64,000 bases of DNA, taken from contig NC_081396.1 of the NCBI RefSeq assembly GCF_030684315.1, positions 4,774,001 to 4,838,000 on the forward strand. Direction: 5' to 3'. This document shows, piece after piece, positions 23,512 through 37,002 of this stretch; position 1 is the stretch's first letter; each line of letters begins with the position of its first letter. The position numbers were made by a program, and so were the translations under genes. The notes beneath the pieces are model-generated. The model was given only the letters and a program-made list of their open reading frames with translations. It ran no database searches and had not been told where the DNA came from. The stretch comes from Stegostoma tigrinum. Lineage: Eukaryota.

Positions 23512-23741
23512 GGGGGTTCAATATGACTGGCTTTATGAACAGCAGATATGAAATGGTAAACTGTGAAAGCTAGCCTGATCTGTCAGACCAAATTCACACG
23601 TTGATGTTCACAATGAATTAATTGTTCTTAAATCCGTTTATAGTAAACTACAACAGGTATTTCATTGAATTTCAAATGACGCTACCTCCTGCTGAAGCAC
23701 ATGCTGCTATTGGCGCGATTGGAGAGAGTACAGACATTCTA
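23512..23741. repeat. ~230-bp duplicated block, copy 1 (CTCF-like motif at 23681-23695)
   Basis: Aligns with 24309-24528 (ggggttcaatatga...cagcagatatgaaatg.taaactgtga...acaggtattt.attgaatttcaaatga). Confidence 0.85.
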
Positions 23742-24049
23742 GGAACGATTGCATGGTGACTGAACAATTTCTAAATAGAGAGGGAGTAGGTTGAAAAGTT
23801 GTTAGTTGATTTCTGTAGTTTGATAATGTGTAGATTTTATAATGAGTTAGTTGTTATGAGATCTGCAGTTGTAAATAATAAATTTAGAGTAACTGTCATG
23901 TTTTTCGGAAGTGAATGTGGCTTGAACAAAGTATCCTGACATTGAAGTTGTTAAAATGAAGAATTGTATTAATGTTGAATAACATCCGAAGTCTCCATAG
24001 ATTGGTTCATTGTTGAACATCGTCAGCAGGTGAACTCCAACAGCCTACT

Positions 24050-24305
24050 GTTCGTTTCTGCACCAGATTCTGACATAAGATGTGCAGCAGTGAATGGAAC
24101 AAGGACTGAGCCAAGAATTAAACCCAATGTTATTCTTTGAATAGTTTCCATCTTCGAGCTGGATGGTCTTAAGCGAATCAGCTCACGTTGCCCTGGTATC
24201 AGTACCGAATATTCCCTTTACAATATCTGTGCAATGACCTTTGACCTCCCTACAGGTGACGTAATGTGGAGAATAGGCCAACAGTGCGGTGATAACTGTT
24301 CACAC
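24050..24305 (-). pseudogene. Possible V-J-TM IgSF relic (3' part)
   Basis: TVITALLAYSPHYVTCREV...GIFGTDTRAT (FGxGT-like), followed in a shifted frame by the hydrophobic RITLGLILGSVLVPFTAAHL. Confidence 0.3.
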
Positions 24306-24308
24306 TCA

Positions 24309-24528
24309 GGGGTTTAATATGAATAGCTTTATGCGCAGCAGATATGAAATGATAAACTGTGACAGCTGTATTGTTCTGAAAAACCAAAATCTCATGTTAA
24401 TATTTACAACGAATTAATTATTCATAAACGCATTTATAATAAAATAAGACAGGTATTTTATTGAATTTCAAATGAGGCTGCCACCTGTGGGAGCATCGGC
24501 TGCGACTGAAGAGAGTGCTGACCTTCTA
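24309..24528. repeat. ~220-bp duplicated block, copy 2 (CTCF-like motif at 24477-24491)
   Basis: Direct diverged repeat of 23512-23741; the minus strand reads CCCACAGGTGGCAGC. Confidence 0.85.
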
Positions 24529-25499
24529 CTAAGTGTTTACTGGGAACGAGAAGAAATCTGTTCTTAAGGACAAAACTTTCCTATAGAAAATATCCACCTA
24601 AATTAAAATCTCTGCAAGTTACACCTTCTTTCATTGCATTTTCTGAGTTTATGATCACGGAGGTCAGGAATATTGTCTTCTATCAATATGTTTGAGTGTT
24701 TGGAGAAGTGTTTGGTCAGATTTTGACACTTCACTCGATGTAAACCTGTTGCAATGCAGGGGCATGTGCATGCCCTTTGTCTGTTCAGTCTAACATGTCA
24801 GAATCCTGCCATTGTTCTGTATTTCCTTCTACAGGAGGAACAAGCGCTAAATCTTAGAATGCAATGGTAAAAATGTAATAATGTTTCCCTGCTTCAAAGA
24901 AATAGTATGGATCACAATGCAGTCTTGTAAACGAAAGGATACTTGCTTGTTTCTACATCAGAGGTAGCACAGGACAGAAAATGATTGAGACTCAGGGAGA
25001 AAAATTAAGGGGTGTCAGCAGACAAAAAGCTGATTTATGTACAGGGAAGTAAAAAAAATTGAAAGGTAGTCGGGAAAAGATGAGGAGATTAATCATATTA
25101 ACATGGAGGGAATCAGTTGACGAGCAATTGAGAGAAACACATGAAGTGTCAGGGAGCCATGGAAACTGACAACGACGGAGAAGCAACGAAAAACACTGTG
25201 CATGAATAGGAGAGGGGGAAAGGGTGAGTCACAAGGGACATACTGAGAGAAACGTTGATTGAAATGTCAACATGAATTTCAGGAAACGCAATAAAATAAA
25301 ATGTAACATGGAAGTTGTGTCAATTCTGAGAGAAATTAGAATTTCTCTTGTAGACATAACAAGAGTGATCCTGTGTTCACATCAAGAAATCATGAATGTC
25401 AGCGTTTTACTACAATTCGGGATCGATCTGGGATCGATCTGCTTCTACTTCATACAAGTTATTGGACAATTCGAATGGACAGATGATGAAATCACAGAA

Positions 25500-25629
25500 N
25501 NNNNNNNNNNNNNNNNNNNNNNNNNNNNNNNNNNNNNNNNNNNNNNNNNNNNNNNNNNNNNNNNNNNNNNNNNNNNNNNNNNNNNNNNNNNNNNNNNNNN
25601 NNNNNNNNNNNNNNNNNNNNNNNNNNNNN
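25500..25629. other. Assembly gap (N run)
   Basis: 130 consecutive N. Confidence 1.
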
Positions 25630-26774
25630 TGCACATTGAAACTTTTTTTTCTGTTTAGCCGAAGTTTTCTGTGTCAATCTTCATTTCAAGGCTGTTGTGG
25701 GAGGTGGAAGATCTTTTTCTCTCTTGCACATTAACGAAGCATATGGTATATTCTGACACTTCCTGTGATTTAATGGTCACCACTTCAGCTTCGATTCCTC
25801 GTGATTGCAGACTGACTAAAATCAAATTTGCATGTTGCTACGGGCAGACTTTAAATCATGATGAATACCCAAATTTTCCTGAATGAATGGCTTGGGTGCT
25901 TGATCACAATGTTACAGAATTCATAACCGATGGCGGGAATGTGCAAACACAATGTCAGAGCTATGTATTTTGAGGATAAGAGACACGTGATCGTTTATTT
26001 CTGCAAATACATTGAATTCTCAAATAATCGACAGATTTTGTTGCCTGTTTATGTGAACTATTCTTATCATCACTGTTCCTCGCATAATACATTTTAAGCA
26101 GATGAACGTATGTTCCAGGATTTCTTATCAACTTCAGCTTGAATCATCTTCATTCATTTTTTTTCTCTCAGCATTTCAAAAGCATTTAGCGTATGCATTC
26201 AAACTAATGTAAATCCACAGTGATTGCCACAAGTTGACATGTTCACACACGTAAAGAAGATCGACAAAATTCTGTTTAAAATATGTCCTAAATACCGTGG
26301 GACTTCAGTGAGTTCATATCGATGTGAAGCTTTCCCTCGTGTTGAGTGGATTGTTTCTTTTGTGTCAATTGTAACTGCTCGCATGACCTGACTTTGGCAT
26401 CGAAAACTGGGAGATTAGTGCAAGAAACTGAAAATTGATAAACTGGAAAGGATTGTCAGTGCCTCATAGATTGAGGTTAGAACAGAATTATCGAGAAACT
26501 TTCTGATTCCAAGTAAACAGCATGTTTGGTTAATAGCTTGTTCTGAGTATTGAAAAATGCTACTGCTTTTGATATTTTTTTTCCCACTGATTGTCATGTT
26601 GGAATGTACTAGATACAGATTCATAAACATTCAGTGTGAGATGCCTTATACACTCCGGGCAAAGGACAAGTGCACATGGAATTCTGGGTCATGCACGATC
26701 ACAAGGCGAAGTGTCAGCTCCCGTTATAACCAAAACAAATGGTGAAGAACAGTAAGCTGCGACATTTCGTGTGA

Positions 26775-27220
26775 TGAACGGCTAAGGATCCTGGGATTGT
26801 ACTCATTCGCGTTTGGAAGGATGAGGGGAGATCTAATAGAAACTCACAAGATAATGTATGGTTTAGAACGGGTGGACGCTAGGAAGTTGTTTCCGTTAAG
26901 CGGGGAGACTAGGACTCGTGGGCACAGCCTTAAAATTAGAGGGGGTAAATTTTAAACAGAAATGACGTGGCATTTCTTCAGCCAGAGAGTGGTGGGCTTG
27001 TGGAATTCATTGCCATGGAGTGCAGTGGAGGCCGTGCCGTTGGATGCCTTCAAGGCAGAGATCGACAAATTCTTGATCTCAGAAGGAATCAAGGGCTACG
27101 GGGAGAGTGCAGGGAAGTGGAGTTGAAATGCCCATCAGCCATGATTTAAATGGTGGAGTGGACTTGATGGGCCGAATGGCCTTACATCCACTCCTATGTC
27201 TTATAGTATTATGGTCTTAT
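26775..27220 (+). mobile_element. CR1 LINE 3' fragment
   Basis: ERLRILGLYS...RMRGDLIETHKIM...TRTRGHSLK...FFSQRVVGLWNSLP; cttatagtattatggtcttat tail. Confidence 0.9.
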
Positions 27221-27830
27221 CTCATAAACTCATTAATGCTGCTGCGATCTGTCATGGAACATTCCTTTCGATATTCTGTATCTTGCTTGAAACTTTTTAA
27301 AGCGACGTTAAAACTCGGGGGCATCCTTGGCATCTCATCTTAAAAGCAGTTTCTACTGATTAATAATCAAAGGCACCACATAATGATCAGCTCTCAAACC
27401 TCATCTACCATTTCGCAGGAAGATTTATTTTCTCCACGCGCCCCTTTGTGTAGACAACATTTTGTTGAACCCGAAATCCAGGTTCTTGTTTTCTTTTGCT
27501 CTGATGAAATGAATGTGCATAGGATTAGCTTTTTAGTATGTGATTTTTGAGATGTATTTTCGCCACCAAAAGTGATGGCAACTCCTCCATTTGTGGTGGA
27601 ATGTTTATACTACTTTTGACCAACTTTTGGAAAATCAGTCTGTTCCACTCGAGGCAACAGCACTTCACAGAAGATGAGCTGCCTTGTAAAAGCATCCTCC
27701 TTGGAGAAACACCTCATTTTCTTCTATTTGTTTCTCCTGACACACAATATCCAAATTCCACTCAGCTGAAGAACTGGATTAATTAATTTGCTTCAGCCAT
27801 GTCGTTCACTGAAGGAAATATGCCTTCACT

Positions 27831-28027
27831 GCAAGATAACAAAGTGTGAAGCTGGAAGAACACAGCAGGCCAAGCAGCATCTCAGGAGCACAAAAGCTGA
27901 CGATGAAGGCTCTAGGCCCGAAACGTCAGCTTTTGTGCTCCTGAGATGCTGCTTGGCCTGCTGTGTTCATCCAGCTTCACACTTTGTTATCTTGGATTCT
28001 CCAGCATCTGCAGTTCCCATTATCACT
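27831..28027. mobile_element. Penelope-derived near-perfect hairpin element
   Basis: ~70-nt arms caagataacaaagtgtgaagctgg...aaaagctgacg / cgtcagctttt...ccagcttcacactttgttatcttg with a ~21-nt loop containing part of the hammerhead core. Confidence 0.9.
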
Positions 28028-30235
28028 GCCTTCACTGCAGGTGTGTTTTGCACATGAGTCCAGACGCACAGCCGCGCAGTTGATACAGATTTGCTTTGTG
28101 ATATGGCATCGCAGCGACTCAGTTAAAATTGTGTTTGTTAACAAACCTTGCTCTTGTCCATGATTTCAACATCCATGAAGAAACAAGTAAATTCATAATT
28201 TGAGTAATTTGCCCGCCAAAAATCTCAGCAGTGAAATCTATCGCAGTTATTTTTTTCGGGTAAGCTGCAAATACTCAACAGTGACATGTAATCTTTTTGT
28301 TTGTTTCCAAACTAATTGTTGTTTATTTTACGATGTAAGTATTTTCTATCCTTTTTTCGTATATTTACGTTATACTTTTATTCCCTTGCTTCTTCGTTAC
28401 TTTGTTGTGTTTTTGATTATTCCTCTTTTTCTCCCTTTATGTTCTGTTGGAAATTTTTACAGAATTTTGTTGGGCAGACTTCATTTTTCAGGAGAATAAA
28501 TGTTTTTAACAACAGCAACAATTTTCCAAGCATAAAATGCGATTCACTCAAGGTTAAATGTTTCACAAAATTTCTCCGACAATATGACCTCGCTGTGAAT
28601 TGAAATGCGAACTTACTAGTTCTTCCAAGTTCTCAAACAGATTGCCTCAGTCTTTTTTTTACCATCTCTTACGCATAACATAGTCGTGATTTTGATCCAT
28701 TCTCAGAGAATGTGTGGTCTGGCTCGTTGTATCAGTTATTAATTGATCATCGTGGCGTCGACAGTTCTGCTGTCAGTGGCCACACTGGTGTAATATTCAT
28801 CGGTGTAATTTAAATGCCGTTCAGTTTCCTGTCAATCACACCGATGTGCTGTCTCTGTTTTGTCTTGGCCTCCATCGCTGAAGACAGTCTCCCTGGTTAA
28901 CAGTTGATTTCACCTTTGACCAACACGTGCCCATTTCTGGTCAGACCTGAAAATAAAATATTGCACTTTGAAAGCAGCATCACGTTCATGTCCGCACACA
29001 CACTAACATCGAAATTGTACTGTTATATTCTATATATGAACCCTGGAATAAACATTTTAGCATGTGGTTCTGCAGAGTAAAACTGATGTTAGATTTGATA
29101 CCTGAATAGGCTGCCTATGATTGCATCTATATCATTTTAATCCCTTCTGTCCCATTGATTTTGATCTTACTGACCAATGTATTTCCGTTGCATATATTTC
29201 AGTGATACAGAAATTATCCGAAAGACTCCAGCACCACAACAATAACGAGTGTCAACCTGTTCCAGAGGCTGAGAAGCCGAGAAAGTGCATTATTCCACTC
29301 TTATGATCTCGTTAATTTTAACCTGCTCCTTTTTTTAACAATCAAGATGCTCTCACCTCCCTGTCTTGTGCTTCCACTTCTCCTGTGAGAACGGAAAGGG
29401 GAGCTGTTTCTTTTTTTAAGTCAATGGAAAGCGCCAATGCTGGGCCGTACTATTTGTTTGAAAATATACTCGCACAATTTGAGCAATAAGTTTGGCTTTT
29501 TGTGCAACTGTTTCTGACTTTCAGAATATAACGCCTGCACTCAGGCATACCTTCATAAAAAGACTTATTGATGCTCCATACAATAGACGCAGAGTCCAGC
29601 CAAACATCAGACTAAGGATGGGTATTTGATGAACGAGATAGATGGATCCACACCTCGATATTTTAAACAAAATTTGATATTGCAATATATTTATTCAACT
29701 TCAATTTGAATTTTACTCGTCAGCTATTTATTCAGGTCCCAGTATGGCCACGGTTTCAACTTCAACATTAATTTATTTAACAAAAACAAAGGAATTCCGA
29801 TTTTTATCGATATCCTACATTGATCAAAAGTAGGAAAACATTTTTCTTTCAGTGTAAGTTATGAAAACAATTTCAATCCAACTCTAGAGAAAGAAATCCC
29901 TATGTTACTCTTGTATGACGGGAGCTCAAGCTCATTCAGAAGGAAAAAAATGGACCTCAGTCTCATTCAAAGAGATTACATTTCTAATCGTGCCAGACTG
30001 CTGCAGAACTGGCTACCAGAATTGGATTGTAGGATAAGGACCCGAATGATGCAGTTTACATTTTTGAATTTGAATTGACGCCTCTGGTTTAAAGTTCAGA
30101 TGCGCAACATTTGTTTCCACATGGTGAGCGACCTGGATAGAGGAGAAACAAAATCACGAAGTGGTAAATGGCACGAGGTTTGCACGGAGGGCGATGAATA
30201 TATTATGTATTTCCCACTGTTTAAAAGAAGCAATG

Positions 30236-31098
30236 TCAGTGACGGTGGAGCACAGCAGAAGGCTCCTCACTTCCTCTCAAAAACTTTTCTGGGTCACCAC
30301 ATAGATGCAGATGCTGTGGTAGGATTTGAATATTAGGGACATGCTCGTCATCTCTGAAAGAATGCACTGTGGCTATTGAAATCCACACCACTGAAATAGA
30401 ATCTGTCCGTAGAGGAAATGCACAAAACATGTGGTCTACTGAAGGAGGAAGCTGAGCGAAACAATGAAGAGGAGGACAATTGACTTCTTGCTGATTGACG
30501 TCTCCAGGGCTTTTTGTTTACTTTATCACAGAGCCTCCTTCGGTCTTGGCTGGCTGCAATGTTGTGTCTGGCGGTCAGGACATTGAGAAGCAGAATGAAA
30601 TGGTATCAGGCAATGGAATAAAGATATATTCCAGCTAATGGTCAGCCTGCCAGGCGAGTGAGTTGTAAAATGTAGACCTGATGCCACAGAATGAAGGCAC
30701 ACCATCCAGTATACGCATGGGCTGGTAGCTGAATTCCAACAATGTTCTTAATACAGATCAGCAGACAAACTATTCCTAGGGCCAGAAGTGCAATTTGCTC
30801 AGGCCAGTATCTGTTCTTCAGGCTCTGGAAGCAGATGGCCACAAAATGTACACTGATAAAGACCACAATCCACCAGTTTGAGCAATCCTGGGAGGCAAAG
30901 GCCAGGACATTATTGAACTTGAAAGAGGGAGTTGTTACAGGACACACTCATGAAAGTTGCTCCCAACGATCTGGCTGATAATGATGACAGGGATGTTGAC
31001 AAGGAAATCAGGCACTGCAATCACCATCAGATAGTAGCTAATGAAAAACGAAATGCCACTCCGTCCTGGGGTTAAGATCATAATCGCCAACATACTGA
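30236..31098 (-). pseudogene. GPR139-like (shark-expanded rhodopsin-class GPCR) pseudogene, main exon
   Basis: Acceptor cacaaag|; (V)SMLAIMILTPGRSGISFFISYYLMVIAVPDFLV, DCSNWWIVVFISVHFVAICFQSLKNRY, LNVLTARHNIAASQDRRRL, KKSIVLLFIVSLSFLL and CIYVVTQKSF match the family motifs in order. Multiple stops and frameshifts. Confidence 0.85.
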
Positions 31099-33219
31099 CT
31101 TTGTGAAAAATATTACTCAGTAGCCATCAGTAAAAAAACAAAAAAATCCTCTTCCAAATTTGATTGAAACCTTCTTGATTCCTCCCCTAGTCACATCCTA
31201 ACTCTGATTATTATGAAGCACAGATAATTTCTCACCTTCCAATGTTGGATGAAGGAATTGTCATGGAGTCTTTGCATTCAGTGTCTGAAATAAATTCGGC
31301 TCTCTGGCAACTGAGTCAAATCCGTGATAAACTGTGACATGTACCCCGATCTTAAAAAAAAATTGTGTCCAGTCCTGTACTCGTATCAAGACCCATTCTG
31401 CTCACATCCTCTCTTAGCTGATCGGAAGTTACTTCTTGCCTGGCAATCTCTGGGTTTCAATAATCACTTCCATTGAATTTCCAAATAAGCTGATTGTCCT
31501 GAAATTCCTGTCCTTAATCATTGTTCAATGATCACCGATTTCGGGGATCTGTTTTTTTTTTAACATTCCTGATATTACCTGTTCCAAAGGTGCCGGTTAT
31601 GCCCTGAGATATCGATGTCCTGATGCCTTTAATTTCACTCCTTCATGGCTCAGCATTCCCTAATTTCTTCAGGATTCTTCTATTGTCATAACTCGTTGAT
31701 CAAACTTTGAATCAAATACCTCTTGATATTTTTTCTTTATGAAATTTCTTGATCTTCCTGCTCTGAAATATCCACACGATGTGAAATGCAAAGACTGAAC
31801 AAGAAGACAGAACTGGCACAGGTAGAAATTAGCAATAAAATGCAATATGAACACACAAACTAAATGTACAAATGACACATTCAGCAAGTCAACTTTTATT
31901 TACTCGTGCTCCAGCTCGCTCATAGTGAAAAGGATGTCCAATACTCTTGTACCCGTTGACCATCGTTCCCTGATTAGATCAGGTTTACAACCTCCATCAG
32001 GGAGCTCATGTTCTACAAGGCCCATGACCTGGCTTCGTTACAGTCATTACTCCCCAATCTAATCTTACCTCTTTTTTCTTTGCATCAGGGGACACAACCA
32101 CAGCCTAGACAACCATTCCTCCGAGTTGTCACGTTCCAGTCCAGTCAAATATCCTCTCACCAATGCAGTCACATATTTCCAATGAATATGTCTGTATGGA
32201 TATGAGATGACACATCTCCATGGCAGATAGTGCTTGACCACAATGTGTGGCAAGGCAGCATCACTGATTGGGCCAGCATTTATTGCCCACCTCAGGTTTC
32301 CATCGAGAAGGTGGTGATAAGCTGCTTTCCTGAACTGCTGAAGTCCCTCTGCACTCGGTAGACCAACGATGCCCTGAGGCAGGGAATTCCAGCATTTTAA
32401 CCCTTTGGAAGTATTGCTGAGATTGAGTACACCTGCATACTTTCTGTTATAGAATGATTAGTCTGAAGACAGGATTTGAGTGCTGGCCTCATGAATGACA
32501 TACATACATCGGCTTTTTTTTCTGTCTCACATCAATGGACTGCTTGTTTAAGGCGCAGCGATTGTCAGTGTTCCAATGAATCTCTGGAAAATTGAAACCA
32601 AAGGAGCTACTCTCTGAAAATCAGTTTTTAAAATCTGTGAATGGATTGGAACTTTTTTGGCAAGGGTGTCTCTTGTAATTTCGTCAACTTGATTTCTTCT
32701 GTCTTTGCTCATAATGATTTCTTTAACTTCTACGTTTTGTCAAGCAATTGGCAACTCATTATTTTCAGAGATGTTTTTGTTTTCTACAACGAGAAAATTA
32801 TTGCATTGACAGGTTGCCATCTGAACACAAAGTGAACTTGTGCGAGACCATGCTCACTCAAGATGCAGAAAGCTCATCTTGTGTACTTCTGTTCTGGATT
32901 GATGGACAGAGAATTTAGAAAGTCTTCTTACAGGGGAGTGAAGGGGATGACGAACACATTGAAAACTCAAACCAAGGGAAATACTTGTCTCCTCGAAAGT
33001 TCTGTCAGTTCCTGACGCTCATGACCTTTGCGATACAATTTTCTGGGGAATTAAACGATTTGACAACTGAGAGATTTTTTCTGATTTCCCCCAAGAATAT
33101 GGATCCAGCCAGAGTGCTTAAAATTGAAGGCAGTGAAATTGTTTTTAGAGTTTAGAATTATTAAGCTTTAGTTTGCAATTTGAAGCCTTTGTTCTACTCT
33201 CTTCCTCCATGTTTCTGAA

Positions 33220-33610
33220 GCTGGTGAGGCTCCTTTACTGTGACAGAAAGAATTCAACACATCATCTAAAGTCACTGTGCACCAAAAATTTACAATTTGG
33301 AACAGACTGTTAAATGCAGTGTTTGGTCATCACACTTCAGAATACACAAGCTAGTTCAATCTGATGACAGACGTTTTAATTGTTCAATTTGCAGGAATTG
33401 CTTTAAAAGTTCTCAAGAAGTGATGACGTATCAATGTGTTCACACTGAGGAGAGACAGTTCAGAAGCTCTTACTATGGGACTCGGTCCAAGAATTCAACT
33501 CAACTCACCAGCGAAATCACACTGTGGAGTGGCCGTTCACCTGCACTGAGTGTGCAAAAGGATTCACCTTGAAAGTCCACCTGCTGACTCACCAGCGAGT
33601 TTACATGTAA
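33220..33610 (+). pseudogene. C2H2 zinc-finger gene remnant
   Basis: [39 protein letters not shown] and, after a frameshift, [34 protein letters not shown]. Confidence 0.85.
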
Positions 33611-34269
33611 CGACAGGAGTTGGTCTTTGCTGTTCGTTGCATCCAGAATTGAACATTGTTCATTGTTTAATAAACTCCAGCTCAATTTTAGCTGTTAATA
33701 TTGTGTATAAAACTAAATTACACCAGCTTTGTATGTGAGCACAGCTCTGGAAATGATTTTATAATCTCTCACACATTTGTTCTGAGTGAGCTAGTTTGGA
33801 AGTGCTGACATTCTCCCCATTTCTTCCATCCTCATCAGCAACATCAAGTGGGTGGAGATTATGGAGCTACTTTCTCACTGAATTTGAGAAAATATGCTTG
33901 GCTGTTTCTGCTGCCTCCCTTCCTGCCACTACCACCCTGGGTAAAAAACATTCCTCCACAATTCCTCCCTGTCTGAACCCTGAAGTCTCACCTTTCTCCA
34001 GATTCTCCCTGACAAAACTCATTGTGCCTGTGAGAACCACCATGTCGTCCCTTAACTCTAGTCCCACTAATCTGATGACCATTCAAGTTCTCTGTGTTTA
34101 CCATTCTTGTTGAAGATTGTCTCTTATTCTCTCTCTCCCTCACCTTGAAATCAACAGCATCACCGACCCTAGAATTCCCCTTCACCATAATGGCTGAACG
34201 AATTACCACACAATCCCCCAACTTCGTTCTTTAAACTTGATGTTCCCGAGTATCATGAAATACTTACAC

Positions 34270-34572
34270 ATTAGAAATAAACCATTCAGCCCATTGAGTC
34301 TGCAACAACCCAAAGAAAGCTGCATCCAAAATCATTCCATCCCAGTCGCCCCTCTTGGGATTTTACAGGGTCAACCAACCTAACTTTCACATAATAAGGA
34401 TTTAATTTTTTTTAGCAATGTCAATCCACGTAAACTGCAGATTTTCGATTATGTGGAAACAAGCACAGTCACAGGGAGATATCCAAACTCCACAAAGACC
34501 ATCGCCCAAATTTGGAATCAAGCCGGGATCCTTGGCATTCTGAAGCAGCCGTACTAAACAATGAGCCACTCT
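34270..34572 (-). mobile_element. tRNA-derived shark SINE (HE1-like), diverged
   Basis: Minus strand gtggctcattgtttag (A-box-like)...ggcttgattcc (B-box-like)...gtggagtttg...ctccctgtg with a CR1-like tail. Confidence 0.7.
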
Positions 34573-37002
34573 GGATTATTCCTTCACGCCTAATATTTCA
34601 GCTTACAACTCTGTTACATCATCTGGAAGTACTGTTTTCTCATCTACACTGACTACACCAAGCTCCACCTCAATACCATCAATCTCCCTTCCTTCATTGT
34701 CACTAAACAATCTGACTGATTATCCCACATCCAGTCTTAGAGGAGAGGAAACATAATCCAATTAAAAACTGCTGAGATCAAAGTCACTGTCTTGGATTGT
34801 CATTACAAAAATATGATTCTCAATTGACTCACTCTCTCCTTGGAACTATGACACTTAAACACATGGTTCACAATCTCTGGCACATACTCAGTCACAAGAT
34901 GACCTTCTGACCATGTGTGATTCAAACAGCAGTCCCAGATATTTCAATTCTGTGATGTTGTCCATTGCTATTTGAACACAGTTCATGTGCAGTTGAAACC
35001 CACATCGAAGCCAGTGTTAGCTTCTGGCTTGATCTTTGCTTTGCATTTCTGGCTAGCGTCTCACCTGGCTGCATGGGATCATTCAAAAACCTGTTTGCCG
35101 TGTGTTATTCCATACCCAGTCCTCCACCCACCATCCCTGTGATTTGATATTTCTGAAATTTATCTGGGGACACTTTTCAAACTGAAGGTGTGATGTAAAA
35201 TAATTAAAAGTGAAATCAGATTGTAACAGACTGTAAAGAATGGTATAACAATAAATACCCAGGTGAGTGAGTTGGATCACATGACCCTGAATTACAGAAG
35301 AGATCTGAGTGACAGAATGGCTTCCTCCTGTAACCATATTCCACTGAAACTTTGGTTCCAAACACAAAGGACCAAGCCCCTTAAAGAATGCAAAGTTGCC
35401 CTGACTGTCACTGCTCATTTTGGCACGTTCACCCTTCGATTTCCACTGATTCCAGCTGCAAATGATATTCACAAAGCTCAACACTAAATCTTGTGTTTCG
35501 GTTCCTTTCCACTTCCTGGAGCAGAGTGATTTCCTCAGTGTGTTTGGGAAACTGAAAGCTCACCACGAGAAGTTTGTTGGATTATTCCACCTTCCCATTC
35601 TCAGTTAATGCTGGGAGATTGAAGCTGATATTCGCGTGGACATGAACTGATCTGAGGCATCAGCAATTCAAGACTTATCCCAGCTTCATGGAAATCAGAA
35701 AACTTTGTACAGAAGAATGGAAAACTTGAAAAGAACACCGGAACCATGTCGGATTTGAATCTGCAATCTGCTGACCTGTCACCTGCGCCATCATCGCTTG
35801 CAATAGTACCCGACAAATATCCAGCTTATACCTACTGCGGAGTTGTGGTGTGATCGGGAAAAGGAGCATTCACAAGGTGAGAAAGAAGCAAGCGTAATAA
35901 TTGAATGGTCCCCATGTTGTAAAGTGGTGACTATCACTGGCAAAGGAAACACATTTGTCACAGTCGTCAGTTGTCTGCTTCAGTGTCGACTCTCTCTGCG
36001 AGAAATTTCGATCATTTTATTCAAAGTAACTTTGCGATTTTATGACTCACCCCCGTGAATCTATTTTCACATTTTGAGCCATGGCCTGTTCCAGGTGAGG
36101 CCCCAAACAAATTCAACGACAAACTTTTGGTTCTTTCTCGACTGGGATCTGGAATGAGACAATTGCATGACGCCTTTGATGGTGCTACTCTTCAATGTAG
36201 CTCAGCACCTCAGAGCAGATCCCTGTTATCATCAGCTTGTTTTGAACCTTGCTAAAGTATGTTTGCCGAACATCAGATTTTCACAACTCCTCATTCTTCA
36301 CAGTGAAATAAAGTGTGATCATATGAACAGGTTCAAAAATTAGAGAGAGGCACTCTATACTGCTGACGTTGGCTTTGACATAATAAATAGACACAAGTGT
36401 GTGTAGAATTTAGTTTGCAAGGGTTCGTCTCAGCATCACAGATGTTAACTGGCTACGACTCATCGTTTACATCACCCATGTCTGGACACAACTCCAAGTC
36501 AAGAAATGAAGATTTATTGCAAATTATCTGAATGAAAATTAATCCCTCATGACAAACAGAACACTGATCCAGAATCTGCTCGAATCAGTCCAATGAGAGT
36601 TTGTTTCCATCCCGAAGGACAATGACAGTAAACATACGGGAAACTATCATCCATCAATCCCCTCAAAGCACTCACCACTTCGAGTTTGAATACATTACTG
36701 TTACTTCACAGCCGCTCGGTCTAAAACCTTAAACATCGTACCTAGTAGCATCAATGTTGCACCTACGGGCCAACGAATTCAATGGTTCAAGAAAGTCACT
36801 GGTCCCCTCCATATCTAGGTTAAATAGGCATTGGCAATAAATGCTATCCCTTTGAGTGACGTCCATATCCAAGATTTAATTTTCAGAAGTTGGACTTACT
36901 AATCAGAGACTTGCAATTACAACATGTCCCAAGTCAAAGCGAGGGAGTGAAAAAAAAAGTGAAAATCAATGATGACTGGGAGGGACGGAGTAAGAAGAGA
37001 AT

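Noticed and set aside
28730-29310. ITIM/ITSM-like words (VHYSTL on +, TVDAT on -)
   Set aside because: Short motifs on opposite strands with no linked exons; compatible with chance.
31570-31620. Candidate first exon of the GPR139-like pseudogene
   Set aside because: The sequence looks more like a decayed L2-type LINE 3' region.
35083-35869. ORFs with HSVTQ and YYCK words suggesting V segments
   Set aside because: The motifs are in the wrong order and spacing, with no coherent framework.
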